Position numbers and translations under genes: made by a program
Origin: Azolla caroliniana
Lineage: Eukaryota; Plantae; Polypodiophyta
Reading direction: 5' to 3'
Assembly: GCA_043228905.1 (NCBI GenBank)
Contig: JBHGNT010000004.1
Location: 20,708,001 to 20,772,000, forward strand
Length of the DNA stretch: 64,000 nt
In this document: positions 12,601-26,118 of the stretch, one piece after another
Numbering within the stretch: position 1 is the stretch's first letter
Layout of the letters: each line of letters opens with the position of its first letter
The notes under the pieces: model-generated
The model's input: the letters and a program-made list of their open reading frames with translations, nothing else
What the model was told of the DNA's origin: nothing
Database searches by the model: none

Positions 12601-15600
12601 TGCTTCGAACTAAAGACCTAATAGTTATCACTTCAACTTTGTTATCCTAAAGCTCACTTCCATAGGAGTGACTGCTGATTGCAGACTACTGTCCTGAACT
12701 TAATCAAGACTTCCAAAGCATATTTTACTGTTGAGAAATAAATATCTCCTTACATTCTCTCACCTTCTATGACACTTCCAATCTAAGACATCAACAGTCA
12801 AATATTTGTCATTTGAACCCGGTATTCAGAATTTCGTTTACTATCTTCAGCTCACTATCGTCCTTTGACATTTGAGTACAAAACCATATTCACTGCATTT
12901 TCCTTGCATCTCCAAGGGAGGAGAAGATTGGCAGTCCCATTATACCATATTCTTTACACTTAATTATGATCATAATCTGCTTATGTGCAATGCTTCCCAT
13001 GTCAAATCCTCTGGTGTTGTTTTTGCATAAAGATTCAAAAGAGAAGGATGGTCCTACTCGAGTAAGATTAATTGATACTTTGTAGTCCTCCAACTGGATT
13101 TTAGAGTTTCATCCCTTTCTTCACATGAACACTGTACAGCATGTTGCACATTGTGTGAGGCATGCAGCATGTTTTCAGTACATTTGAGACAGAATTTATG
13201 ACAATGTTTATCACTTAACATGCCCTTGTATATGGGCTCTTAGCTTAGAGCTTTTAAAAATGTAATGTTCAAATGCTATATGTGTTCATTATTGGGAACA
13301 AAAAGATATCTAATAAAGATCCTTAAGACTTCAAAACTACAAAACACAGCTATAAAAGCATATGATAGAGTAAAGTTACATACTAGTGGTTGCATTCGTT
13401 GTTTCCCAATGGGATAGACATAGGGGTTTGGTTGCTGCATGGACACTGCAGTAAACCATAGAATGAGTCCTGACAGCAGATCCAATAACGAATCTAAAGT
13501 TGATGCAATAATCGCCAATGATAATGTTGTGACTGAGACATAAACTTTAGAAATGAATAGAATCAGATTTGCCAAGTTTGAGATCTGAATTGCTCTCTTC
13601 TCATTTCTTGCCACTTCATCTCTGTACTCCTATAAATAAAATTAGCGATCATATAAGAGAACATTAGATATCAGAGAGACCATAAATGCACATATTCATC
13701 AATAATAAGTTCTTCGGTGCACAAGAGCTGTATTCAGTTTAAGATTGTTCTCTACAATGCCAACAGTGAAAATAGCACATCTGCCAACAGTACCAATCTT
13801 AGAACCCATGATTCAAATAGAGAAGGAATCACATAAATCCTAATTGAGTTGTTTAATCTATGTTATAATATACAAAGTTATCCTAGTACATTCACTAGGG
13901 TTTCAAATAAGGTCTAATTAATATTTAACTACAGATATATCAGTCTCCAGTTTTTCAATTTACGTTTACAAATATATGAACTTTTGTACTAGTCTTCGAA
14001 TTTTTTATCACTCGGAAACATTGGACAGGGAATGGCAGCTGCACTCCTAGCTAAGATATTAGCATATCATCTTGCAAGCATCTTGTCTCTTGCACTAGGA
14101 TTCAAAGGACTGTAGCATGCCCACTCTCTCTATGATTGGGGCACCTCAATTTGAGCTTTCACTCTTAAACACTTAAGTAAAAAAGTTTGGATCCCAACAA
14201 TGAAGTGAAAGGAATGTCCAATACACAAATCATAAAATGACAGGGACACATAGGATGGCAGGCTTTCATCCAATGACACAAATTACAAAGCTGACATTTG
14301 TTGCTCAATATGTGGCAGTCAAGAAACGGCTCCATCAAGAATGACCTCGCAAGAAACAACATTAGTTCTCCTTCCCTAAACGACTTTCTATGCCCAGCGT
14401 TCCATACATTCCGCATGGAGCAAAATGCAAAGACTTTATGGTGAAAATCCACAGCTTTCGATGTTGAAACATTATCCCACAGAAAACTATTCTAGGAGTA
14501 GGGAGAAACAATTAAGATTGAAACAGAAAAGGTAGTTCATCATCAAATCTAACCTTAGATCCATATTCTAAAGTATCATCTTCAGTAAGGTCGTCCATTT
14601 TCGTGAATCCTTCCAGCATCTCTTCTTGTTGCTGATAATATTCATCCACTCTATTCATAGAACCTTCATAATTAAGATCATGGCAAGTGTAAGAGAGCAT
14701 AATAATGTTCAGAAACTTTCGAGGGAAGATGACAGCTCCAAAGTCAATTATACGAATAAATAATAAGGGGAACAAGGAGGCATTAAGTTCAGTAAATTTT
14801 CAGGAAAATAAAGTATGCAGAAACATGGAAAACGCAAGCAGAAGCACATAAAACAGTTTCTGCTGTGATACAATTATAGAAGGACAATAAAGCCACATCA
14901 TCAAATTCAAAAATGTTTTTGGAATGAAAGCACAGACACACAATCGAATTCATATTAAAGTGATACTCGAGTGCAAGAAACTGGCATCATCAACATTGTG
15001 GAATTCAGAATTTTTTTAAACAATACACACAAACGTAAAAACAAACAGGGATAAAACACATTATCAGGTGTAGATTCAAAAGAATACTCGACTGTGAGAA
15101 AGCATCTGAATGAAGTTCGCAAAATTTCCGGGAAAGAACGCAAGCAGTATTTGAACCATATCATAATGGAGTCAGGAATGTTTTTAAGGAATGATATGAT
15201 AGATTCACAGAAAACTCTAAGAGTTTTAAGTCGAGTGAGGTAATTATTGGAAGGACGACAGAGTCTCACAATTATCATTGTCATCGTCATTAAATTGTCA
15301 AAAGCATTTCCAGACAATAAAGAAAGCAATCAATGACAGAATCACATAAGCACGGGAGAAACATGGGTAAAGAAGACGAAAGAGATTTACAGCAAGGAAG
15401 TCGTTAAAAGGATCAAGAAATCGGCGTCTGTTGTCACCACCATGATTAAGTTCGTATATTTTCAGGAAGCCAAAACAGGTAGGAACACAGAAAACACAGG
15501 AATTGATGAAGAAAGGTCTTCTATACCTAGCCGAGCGAGGCAGTCGTTGAAAGAACAAGCGGAAGGATGAGGCGCGGGAGGATCTGAGCGCTGAAAGCCA

Positions 15601-15845
15601 TGAAAGCTGAGACGCCAGGAAGGGAGATCAGAAACACCGTTCCGGATGGAGGAAGGGGAGGAAGGGGAGGGGAGTAGCAGTAGAGCCTCGGTGTCTCCGT
15701 CATCTTCTGCTGAAACTCCGCCATCTCTTTGAGCTCCGTCCGCTCCTCCTCCGTCGCTTGAGTGCTTCTTCGGATGCAGGTGAGGATGGGAATGGCGATG
15801 GTGATGGTGATGGCGATGCGAAGAAGGAGAGTGAAGGAGCTCCAT
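9643..15845 (-). CDS. MTP11: Metal tolerance protein, Mn-CDF (MTP9/10/11 group), 6 exons
   Basis: Exons 15845-15527, 14663-14554, 13629-13384, 10573-10493, 10314-10081, 9984-9643, all GT-AG and in frame. Motifs: [35 protein letters not shown] (TM2 DxxxD), [19 protein letters not shown] (TM5 DxxxD), [32 protein letters not shown]. Confidence 0.93.
11274..11609. repeat. Near-perfect tandem duplication, 167-bp unit, in MTP intron 3
   Basis: GTAAATACACACAATCTACAACCCTC.. starts at 11274 and again at 11441. Confidence 0.9.
12545..12880 (-). mobile_element. Ty1/Copia reverse transcriptase remnant in MTP intron 3
   Basis: Broken minus-strand frames read EIFISQ, KYALEVL, AVTPMEV and [21 protein letters not shown]. 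These match the Copia RT C-terminal consensus YRSLVGSLMYL..TRPDIAYAV. Confidence 0.8.
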
Positions 15846-15847
15846 TT

Positions 15848-15922
15848 TCTTCTTCTTCTTCTTCTTCTTCCTTCTTCTTCTTCTTCTTCTTCTTTATTTT
15901 CTCTTTTTGTTTTGTTTTTGTG

Positions 15923-15955
<33 letters not shown>

Positions 15956-15996
15956 GCTCTATCGTGTTTAAGTTTTTCTTGTGAAGAAGAAAAATA

Positions 15997-16044
<48 letters not shown>

Positions 16045-16150
16045 CAGTTTAGGAGGTGGTCCGGTGGCACTTACGAACAAACAAGAAAAGCTCTTCCAAA
16101 AATAGGGGTCCCACCCACCCCAATTGTATATGTATACAGTATACGGTATC

Positions 16151-16207
<57 letters not shown>

Positions 16208-16260
16208 GAATGTATGTGTGAATGTATGTGTATGTGTATGTGAATGTATGTGTGAATGTA

Positions 16261-16309
<49 letters not shown>

Positions 16310-16310
16310 G
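15848..16310. repeat. Microsatellite cluster in the MTP 5' UTR/promoter: (CTT)n, (CT)n, (ATT)n, (TATATG/TGTATG)n
   Basis: Directly visible. It explains the low-complexity ORFs at 15700-16718. Confidence 0.95.
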
Positions 16311-17055
16311 TCAAATCACAAACCATATCTCTATATTGTCATCTGGATCCGAATCCATGCATGCACCCACCACTCGAAAACACCCACACCACTCGTTATG
16401 ATCTTCTGTGCTTCCATGGGGCTCGTGTTGAGTAGAAGCATCACGACTGTGTGTTTTGTCTGTTTATGTTGGTCTGGACACATTGCCCCAATGAATCATC
16501 AATGCTCTTTTCTTAACTCCATCTGGATCAGGCTCATTCTCAAAGTTGTACCGGAAGGAAAAAGTTATTTTGCGTCCCCACGTTATCTCATTACATCCTT
16601 TTGGCCCATGATTGCAAAGTACCCTCGACTTGGCACCGCTTGGAAAAAAATGGTTGTCATTGTGGTTTGCATCATTCACTTCTGTCATAATCCGAGACCC
16701 AACGATTGCATTGATTAAAAACCATGAAAGTTACAACTATGTCATGACACAAGATCGACGAGGTTTTTCAAATTCCTTTGGTCAAGGATCTATTGATACC
16801 AATGCTACATGATTAGGACTAGTTTACTCAAGTCTAACATGGTCAATGGTGATCAATGTGATCATACAATTGCCTTCAATTATGGTGCATGGACTCTAAG
16901 ATATTCAAGGCATGTTGTTGTATGTGTGGTGGTCATGTATTATATTTGTACATGAGGCATTTGCAAGGGAACTTCCATGTTTATATGTAGAAAGAGAAAG
17001 TGTGCCAACGTGCATGTGTGTGTGTGTGTGTACGAGTGAGTGAGTGAGTGAGTGA

Positions 17056-17093
<38 letters not shown>

Positions 17094-20000
17094 GTCACGA
17101 ATAAGAGCCACAAATGCACTTCATTAAAGGGATACTTGGTCACTTGTTAATGTCCCATCGTCTAACATTTATTGTCGTTGGTGCCCTCCTTAGGTTTATG
17201 ATATGCGATATATTCTCTTTGTTTAGAATTTTTAAATTCTTTAGATTCATGGAATCCTCCTCTATATTTAGTAATTGAGATCCTACTCCAATATATTTAT
17301 TATTTTACAAAGAGTTGTAGCCTTGTTGTGAAGTAAGTTGTGTCGTATTTCAATTCTCATCATATTTTGTAAAGCCAACTTAGGACGTGTGTTTCTGCAT
17401 TTATCTCTTTCCTTTGTAACGTTATGAATGTACAAGCTATAATGTTATAATGAAGTCAATTATCCATAGATGAGTCCATTAATTTAGTGGATGATCACTT
17501 GGGTGATAAAAATATAGTCTAATGAAGTTCGCAAAATTCACCAAGCTAATCAAAGGGACTTATCGCCTATTTGTCTTTATGATTGTATGAGTATATGCAT
17601 ACATTCATAACATGTGCTCCACATTACATACACGCTCCTTCAATTGGGGTTATAACTTATAGCATACAATATACTCTCTTTATTAGGGCGTGTTGACAAA
17701 TAAGCCAGTTTCAATGTCACTATACAGAACCGTACGTGAGATTCCCACTTTGTACGGCTCCTCACCATTCAGTTACTCTTAAGAGAAACAACTTCATGGT
17801 AATGAAACCAACCAGTGAAAAACATTAATCCTACAAAGACTAACCCACTTATTGTTGTGCAATACAGCTGTAATTCACTAGTTATTCCGGAGGCCAACGC
17901 ATGAATGGTTGAGAGTTTATGTTTTCATCATCCTTGGTAAAGTCAAGTCCACTGCATGAAACATTCATAATTCATGTTCATGGGATTATTCCCTTCTTTG
18001 ATATTAGGTATTAGTTTATAGTGGACATAAGATTATGTGTTTCTTGATGGGGTTCGACTATTTGATCATTTGTACCCCTTTGGGATTATTTGTCATTCAA
18101 TGTTTGCGTGGAGATGATCATTCATTGGGTCTGGTGACTAGTTGAAATGTTGTGTGGAAATGGGTAGATGACGTCCAATTTTTACAATTTACAACCATTT
18201 TAACATGGGAAGCATGTATTATTATTTTTCTTTGCATTTTCCCCCCTATCAAGGAGGGTAGATTGTGTTCAGTGAAAATTCTTATACCCAAAGTTAAATT
18301 AATAGTGACCATAAACTTAATGTGTACAAACAATAAGTTTACAAGGTGCTATCATGTGAAATAATTGTTGATGTTGTTAACATGTGATGAAAAGTCTAGC
18401 GATGAGATTTTTAATTGCTAGTATGGCAAACTTTTGGCTTATAACAATACTCAATAAAGAGAAAGTGAAGTTGACCCCAAACAATACATACGAGGCAATA
18501 CCCATTTTGTATGTATGATTGTTTGGAATGTTCTTGAAATATGTACGCTCTTTGTGGGTCATAGTGTTTGGGAGTTTGTATACCCTCTAATTTGGGATAC
18601 GTAAACGTAAACGAACAATCATAAATTACTCTATTTAAGTGTAATGGGTCGATGTGGGTCAATGTTGATCAATTATCCCCCCCTAATGGAATGCTATGAT
18701 AATGATAAAAAAACCAAGGATGAATAGGAACTTGATAGAATTAAAGGCATTATAAATGTGGACTGGTTCCGCATTGTTATAAGCAAATGAGCCTAACATA
18801 TTTTCATATATTGGGAGTGCATATGTACATATTAGAATATTTGGGTCCCAATAGATACAAGTTACAACTACGCATTGAGAAAGGCTAACATAAAATTTTA
18901 TTACTGTAAAAAGTATGTGAATTGGTTCAGGACAGATGACATGGAAAGCTATGTGCTTAGACTAATGAGAACATATTATGTATTCATTGTGTGCATTTAT
19001 GATGCCTACCTTTGATAAACATAGAATAAGGTTTTTGTCATTCTCTCTCCACGTTTTGTGCTTCACATTCAACACATTTCTAGGTTTAGAACTTCTTTTA
19101 ATATTGCCACAATTGTTTTTGTATTATGGAAAATATAGCAATTTCAATATTGTAGAATCACTCTTAGCATCAAAATGTGAATCTCATGGATTCATGATGT
19201 GCGTTTGGAACACCCTACATTTAATAAATATCACACAAGCCTGTTGCCATTATCTCTCCACGTGTTTGGTTCACTTGCCACTTGTTTCTCTCTACACAAC
19301 TTTGTTGGCATTGCCTTAAAAAGGACGATAATAGTTTATACTCCTTTTGTATTATGAAATAGATGATTGTGTCAATCTCGTAAAGCAAGCTTTAGGGGCA
19401 ATATGATAGTGTAAGTTCAACTCAACATAAAATAATAAAGAAATTATAATTAGCACAACACTAAACCCATTGGCACAATAACATTATGTTTACATATTGC
19501 ACAATTTTCAAGCAATAAATCATGGAGCCAAATAAAAGGTTTCACATTGTTTTTAGAGAATGACATCTTAATTTTAGTTCCAATCATTTTAGCTTCCTTC
19601 ACATAGTTTTTTACATCATGACATATTGTTTTATCCACAGTAAGTTTAACTACTTTATAGCAAGCAAGAAAGAGAACAAGCGAATTGACTAATATACATA
19701 GGTTATATCAACCCATGGTGTGTTTCTATGTATTTTTTTGTAGTATAAGTTTAGTTCATTCTAGAGTTTTAACTTTAACTAATCATTTTCTTAAATATAT
19801 CGTAGTATTTTATCGAGCATCATAACATGCAAACTAACTTATGATGCCATGACTTATGAACACTTGACCTAGCACCCTTTGACATGCCAAATAAAATGTT
19901 GAAACTTGATGTAAGTACTTTTGACAAGCTTACTAAATGTTACGTACCATTGTAAGACATGCTCTTATTGATACATGACTTATAAACCTCTACCACTAAC

Positions 20001-20699
20001 TAAACCATAGTTCATCTTTAGACCATTCTTTGTACATCTTTGAATGATGGTTATATAGTTTGCATCCTATGTATGTAAGGAGCATCTAAAGTTATTCTTA
20101 TTACAATCAAGATCTCGTCTATGACAATATCTTCTTTTAATCCAATGTTGACCTAGATTACGGTGGTTTACACCAACTATCTAAATATTAAAATCTCTCC
20201 ATGAGTTTGTTTTGGTTTCCATTTTAGATGTATTTATCAAGGCTTGTCGTTAACACATGGGGATGTAAATTTGGCAAGGAAAATAGGACATCAAAAGAAC
20301 AAAAAGAGAGGGAAGTTTATGAATACAATGGAAGTGTATATTATCAAGCAACAAGCATGATGGAAGAGACTTAGGTTTACCAAAGAGTGCCTACAAGATG
20401 CTATAGAGTGTGCCTTTGAACATAAAGAAGTAGCATTTTGCATTAGCAACATTATGAATTTATGATGTGGTGATGGAAGAAAAAAATTGATAAGATACTC
20501 TAGCTCCCAAAAGGCCATTAATGCACAAAACTATGAATGTATTTTAAGTGAAATGAGTAAGATTGTAATGAGACGGATGGGAAGCAATTGTGGCACACTA
20601 TAATATGTAAGTACATATTAGAAGAAAGCTATTATTTTATTGTAGCGAGAGTTGAAATGCAACTATTGTCAAGTTCATAGACCTGCATGCTTATTTGAA

Positions 20700-21290
20700 T
20701 GCTTGTGATACTACATGATACAATTGTGACCCTCATCAATTATTATAGTTCTTCACATCAATCTTCTTGACCTGTCATAATTATATGAAAACACATGGTC
20801 AAACCTACAACTAAGCAAAAAAAGATACATGGATAAACTCAATTAACGCAATGAGGAACAAAACTAACATACCAGAAGGCTTTTTATATGGTACCTCCTA
20901 TTACCGCTTTAATAGAGGCATACCTACGTAGAGCAGCTCAATACCAAGAAAAAAAATCATGTATCCATTATTACTATTCCAACTGTAATTTCATCTTCAC
21001 CATGACATTACAAATGATACCTTGTGATATTAAATGAAATACTTGCAACTCTTGATATCAATTATTATAGTTGCACACATCAATCTTGACCTTTCATAAT
21101 TTATCTACAACTCAATCAACGTGGAGACAAACTCAATCAACACAATGACATGAAAAACTTATTACCAGAGGGCTTTCTTTTTACATGACCATTCTGGTAC
21201 CTTCTATTACTGCTCTGACTGAAGCATATCTACAGGGCAATCCAATATCATCGTACTATTCCAACTATAATTTCAACTTCACCATGAAAT
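20700..21290. repeat. Diverged tandem duplication, period ~322 bp
   Basis: ATCAATTATTATAGTT..CACATCAATCTT at 20735 and 21057. GGTACCT.CTATTAC and TACTATTCCAACT.TAATTTCA recur at similar spacing. Confidence 0.75.
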
Positions 21291-22122
21291 TCATCATAAT
21301 TTAAAGCATTACTTTTAAACCACAAAGGTAATTTGGTTTTAAAGCCATAACACCCACAAACTAGAAGGATGACCGGTGTATTAACCCTCTCATGAGACTC
21401 GGTAAGTTCCTGATCAAGTGTCTACAAGTATCAACCATTAAATAAATTTATCACAAGCCTATGCAGTTCAATAAAATGTCCTTAAAAAGAAAAAAAAAGT
21501 GTTATTCCAAAATATCACAGAGTGGATTCCTGTTACCTTTTTAACACTCATAGTCAGCCATTCCAACACCCGCTTGCTCATGAATTAACAATAGCACAAC
21601 CATACATATAAACAACTTGGAACAAACATCCAAAATTTCATCAACGAAGAATAGATCCATTCAAACAGGTTGCCAGGTTCAACCCAAATACATGGTTGAA
21701 AACCCATAGTATTCCAAAGCATAAGATTCAAACAAAATATCATGTTGAGAGAATTTGGCATACATGATATATCCTTGCCTGGGAAGGAAAACATAGTCAG
21801 GACCTTCTTGTTGGCATTGCATGCAAGTATCTCACAATAGAAAATGCCTTCACAATGAAAAGTAGTCTCTGTTTTGTCCCTTCAAGGATTTTTAATTAGT
21901 GATTAGGTCATACAGAATGATTTCTTACATTCAGCTGCCAAACTCAACCCTGTAATTTCTCATATATCATGCAAAGATATGCAGGAAAGACCTTAGGGGT
22001 CAGTAAGAGAGACCTGTTATATATTAGAAGGAAAATCAGTTAACAGCACTACATATAATAGGTGAAACCAAACCACTAAATTCAATGGAAGTATAACGAC
22101 ATTACCTCAAAGGGTTTTTGCA

Positions 22123-25016
22123 CTAGCGACGAGCACCACCTCGCTGCATATCATAGCCACCCCAATTAGGGGCCACTCCAGCAGTAAAATGTGCTGGATT
22201 CTCAGCAACTGAACCAATCTGGTAATATGTGTGATAATTGTCAATATGCAATTGTCACTTAGCATAGATAATCCCCTATGTGTGGAAAACTTTGTTTAGA
22301 GGACACTTATGGCTATACTGGATTATTTTGGTGTAGAGTTATGATCACATAGTAGGATAGAGGTTTGAATATTCATATGGAGTTCATAACAGTGGCACCA
22401 ACTAAGATATTTCCAGGTTTTGGAGAAAATAGAAGTACCTGATTCATGGCATATCCATCTCCATATGGCATTACTGAGGAATAGACGGCCTCAGTTCCAT
22501 AAGCTCCCACGAATCCACCAGCTAAAAGAAATTTACCTCTTTTACTTCAATACAAAATCATTGATCTCATATAGCACTAAAATACTTTTACTTCAATACA
22601 ACATCACCGACCTCATATACCACCAAAAGACTTTTACTCATATAGCAACGAAATCCTACCTCTGGATTTCTTTTCAACGTTGGTCAATTCTGCCCGAAGT
22701 TTCTCTACTTCTCTAGCCATGGAGACAAGATTCTTTTCCATAGCAGTTCTCTGCTCCAAGAGTTCGGTATTGGCTTTCTTTTCAAACTCAAAGGCAGTCC
22801 TGCAATGCCAGAAATTCACAGATATTATTTAACCCAAATATGAGAGACACCATCCTAGAATCTACTCAGCAATGCAATATTGGTTGCAAAAAATGTTCAC
22901 ATACATCTAGAAAACAACTACAAACATCCACCCATATGGTAAGTGCCTTGCAAGTACCAGAGCATTCTTTTTGAAAGCTATTAGAGACATCGCTCTTCAC
23001 ACATATTCTAAACCCTAGGCCAATAATGCCATCCTATTCATCTAAATATAACTAGTATGAGTAGAAATTGGTTGCAAAAAATGATGTTCACATACATCTA
23101 GAAAACAACTACAAATATCCACCCATATGGTAAGTGCCTTGCACGATATAGAATACCAGAGCATTCTTTTTGAAACCTATTAGAGACATCGCTCCACACA
23201 TACTCTAAGCCCTAGGTCAATAATGCCATCCTATTCATCTAAATATAACTAGTATGAGTAGAAATTGGCAACGGTTCAGTTAAAGCATAACAAGTTTGGC
23301 CTTGTCCAAACCAAACAAGTTTGGGAGTTTTCAAACTTGAATTGAACCGATCCCTAAATCGATTAAGCCTACCCAGTTTAGGAACTGGTTTGGCAAGGTT
23401 CAAGCTGAACTGATCCATCAAACCAATTAAAAACGGCTTAACGGCTCAGTTCAGGCTTGAGCCGAGTAATTGCCAACTCCGACAAGGTGATAAAGTTGTA
23501 TTCAGATGACAAACATCACCAACACATCCTAGTCATTTAGGTTTCATAAGTTCGTATAAAATGCTAGCACCATCAGTTAGTTGTAATAGTGTCTATATAA
23601 CATACAATTATACTCCATCCTAATCATAAATGAATCTACAAGTTACCTGTAATAGTGTTAGCACCAGACGTGTCACCCCAATAACCTAAAAACTTCATAA
23701 TGTTATGGCTAAAAATTATGAATGGAGTTACCAATACGTTACCATACTAAATACCTCATGCTTTGACCTGAACTCGTTAATAGCAAAAAATACAAATAGT
23801 GTTAACACCAGTTAACATCACAGGCGTCACCCCATTAACCAAAAAACACTTCATAATGTTGAGGCTAAAAATTATGAATATAGTCATCAATAAGTTGCCA
23901 TACTACATACCTCATCCTTTGACCTAAATAAGTTATAAGTTAACCCACCCATGAACCCTGTGAGTTAGTTTTAACAGAGCTCACACTCATAACTTAAACA
24001 TCTCTCGGCATTGTGGATAAAAACTACATAGATGTAGTAAATTTCCACATTACGGATAAAAATTACATAGATTGATTACCTGTAGTAAATTTCCACATTC
24101 CAGATAAAAACTACGAATATTGATTAGCCCTAGACCCTCGAACTTAAATCTCTTCGCATTACAAATAAAAACTATATAGATTGATTAGCCGTAATAAATT
24201 TCCAGATCATGGATAAAAATTACAAATATTTGATTACCCCCTAGTCCATCGTAAACTATCCTGGTTATATGCTGCAAACATCAAAATTAGTGCCTAAAAG
24301 ATTTGATTACCCCCTATGCTTTGCCTTTGCCTATAGGTGGGGCCTTTAGTGAGGTTCATTTAAATTCCCAGGAAAGCAGCAGCTGGGGTCTTTGGATGGA
24401 TTCATGTTCCACCATGAGAAGATTTTGAAGTGAAACAGCATAGCAGAACTCGAATATATTCATTACTAAACAAAAGCACTTACCTAGCTCGTTGAATCTC
24501 CTGGCGAAATCCATCGATTTCAAGTTTAAGTGCCGGAACTTGCTGGGCTTCAGCACGAATCCTATGCATTTCTTGGGTCATCTGTTGAATCTGAGAGCTC
24601 AGTTCTTGCCTATTTCCAATAAGTTTCTGAACCTCACCCTGAGCTCTCTGTAACTCAACCTTCAAAGATTCAAGATTCCTCAAATCTGCTTCCATCTTCC
24701 CTGTCTTCTCCACAATGCCTCTCAATTGCTGATCTTTTTCAGCCTGAATACCACCTATAACTTGCTGAAACCTCTGGACTTCTTGCTGAGCTGAAGCTAA
24801 TTCTTGTCTGAGGGCAATGTGAGTTGCAGCTAGTCTTTGGTTCTCTGTGAGAAGTCTTTGTATTTCTATGTGTTGGGTAGTGAGCTTCTCTTCAATTAAG
24901 GCTTGTGGCGGAGGGATGCCACCACCATAGGGTAAAACCCCCCCTCTCATTGGAAGAGGAGGACCTCTTCCTTGATGATGATGCATAGGAGGAGGAAGGC
25001 GGCCTCGGCCGGCCAT
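22123..25016 (-). CDS. FLX-like (FLC EXPRESSOR family) coiled-coil protein, 4 coding exons
   Basis: Exons 25016-24484, 22799-22660, 22521-22439, 22218-22123. Motifs [62 protein letters not shown] and the C-terminal WGGYDMQR. A probable 5' UTR exon ends at the donor at 27242. Confidence 0.92.
22879..23268. repeat. Tandem duplication, ~190-bp unit, in the FLX-like intron
   Basis: TTGGTTGCAAAAAATG..CATACATCTAGAAAACAACTACAAA and the downstream CTATTCATCTAAATATAACTAGTATGAGTAGAAATTGG each occur twice. Confidence 0.9.
23259..23482. mobile_element. hAT-like MITE remnant
   Basis: Ends ..AATTGGCAA and TTGCCAACT.. are inverted, and the interior has many AACCG/CGGTT/AACTG subterminal motifs. No intact 8-bp TSD. 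Confidence 0.4.
23650..24240. repeat. Degenerate direct repeats in the FLX-like intron
   Basis: AATAGTGTTA..CACC..GTCACCC..AAAAACTTCATAATGTT occurs twice. GATAAAAA(C/T)TACATAGAT..AAATTTCCACAT occurs four to five times. Confidence 0.75.
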
Positions 25017-25773
25017 GAAAACCTTGAGAACTAATATCAGATGTTATCTATAGTAGATGCATCAAAATGATGATAGGATGAAACCTACACATATACAGAA
25101 CAAAAACAAGACAAGGAAAACCTCGGTGAGAAGACATGGATTGTTGAATTTAGGACATTATCTTGCGGTATTGCCCTATGAAATGGTTATCTACAGTAAG
25201 TGCATCAAACCGATGCATGGATGACGAAACCATGAGTATGGAAAAGAAAACAAAAAAATAATAATCCTATGTGATGAAACAGTTTGTTGAATATATAAGA
25301 TGCAAAGTTGCAGGAAACAAGGCGTTTGCTGGTTGGAAAGAGATTGGTTGTTTCCAAATCCTTGATGCTTGTGAAACCATGTGTTTGTGAAACTTGTGAA
25401 CCGTATGCTTACGCAGGTTTAGGGAGGATTTCAACTCTCAGAAAAAATCTTGGTGAAAATGGGAGAGTGATTAAAATTAAAACATGGGTAACTTTTTCTT
25501 TAAAGACAATTCATTTTACCCCTAGTTTTCTTCCCCAGTATTTACCCTTCTGGTCATTTCCAGTTATATGTTGATAGCTAATCTTATTATAGGTTCATTT
25601 TTCCAGCATTATCATGAGCATACACTCTATTGTTGTTTGTTTCCGAAAATTTACTAAAACCATGGATCCTGGAGCCCTTTGACCATTCTGCAACCCCGCT
25701 CTAAAACTCTAATTTTTACCCAACTACGCACATGTTCTACTTTCTGTTATGCTATTATAGGTTTGGTAATGAA

Positions 25774-26118
25774 AACATTCACGTCTTTCCTGTTTCCTTT
25801 CCCTGTTTTTCTGAATAACCACATGCATGCATACGTACTATTCTTCTTTGTTCCTCCACAGTTAATCAGAAAGCCTTGAGCCCCTCAGCATTATGCAACT
25901 CCAGTTCAAAACTCTGGTTTTGTAAGCCCATTGCACAATTGTTATAACATTCACGTCTTTCCTGTTTCCTTTCCCTGTTTTTCTGAATAACCACATGCAT
26001 GCATACGTACTATTCTTCTTTGTTCCTCCACAGTTAATCAGAAAGCCTTGAGCCCCTCAGCATTATGCAACTCCAGTTCAAAACTCTGGTTTTGTAAGCC
26101 CATTGCACAATTGTTATA
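25774..26118. repeat. Essentially perfect tandem duplication, 172-bp unit, in the FLX-like 5' UTR intron
   Basis: AACATTCACGTCTTTCCTG.. starts at 25774 and at 25946. I saw no mismatches. Confidence 0.92.

Noticed and set aside
15700-16718. Long ORFs of 208 and 220 aa (and 15758-16105) upstream of MTP
   Set aside because: They are translations of (TATATG)n, (ATT)n, (CT)n and (CTT)n microsatellites with no protein-like composition.
16320-20600. Hidden gene between MTP and the FLX-like gene
   Set aside because: Only short ORFs with no consistent splice chain or family motif. It looks like decayed repeat-derived intergenic DNA.
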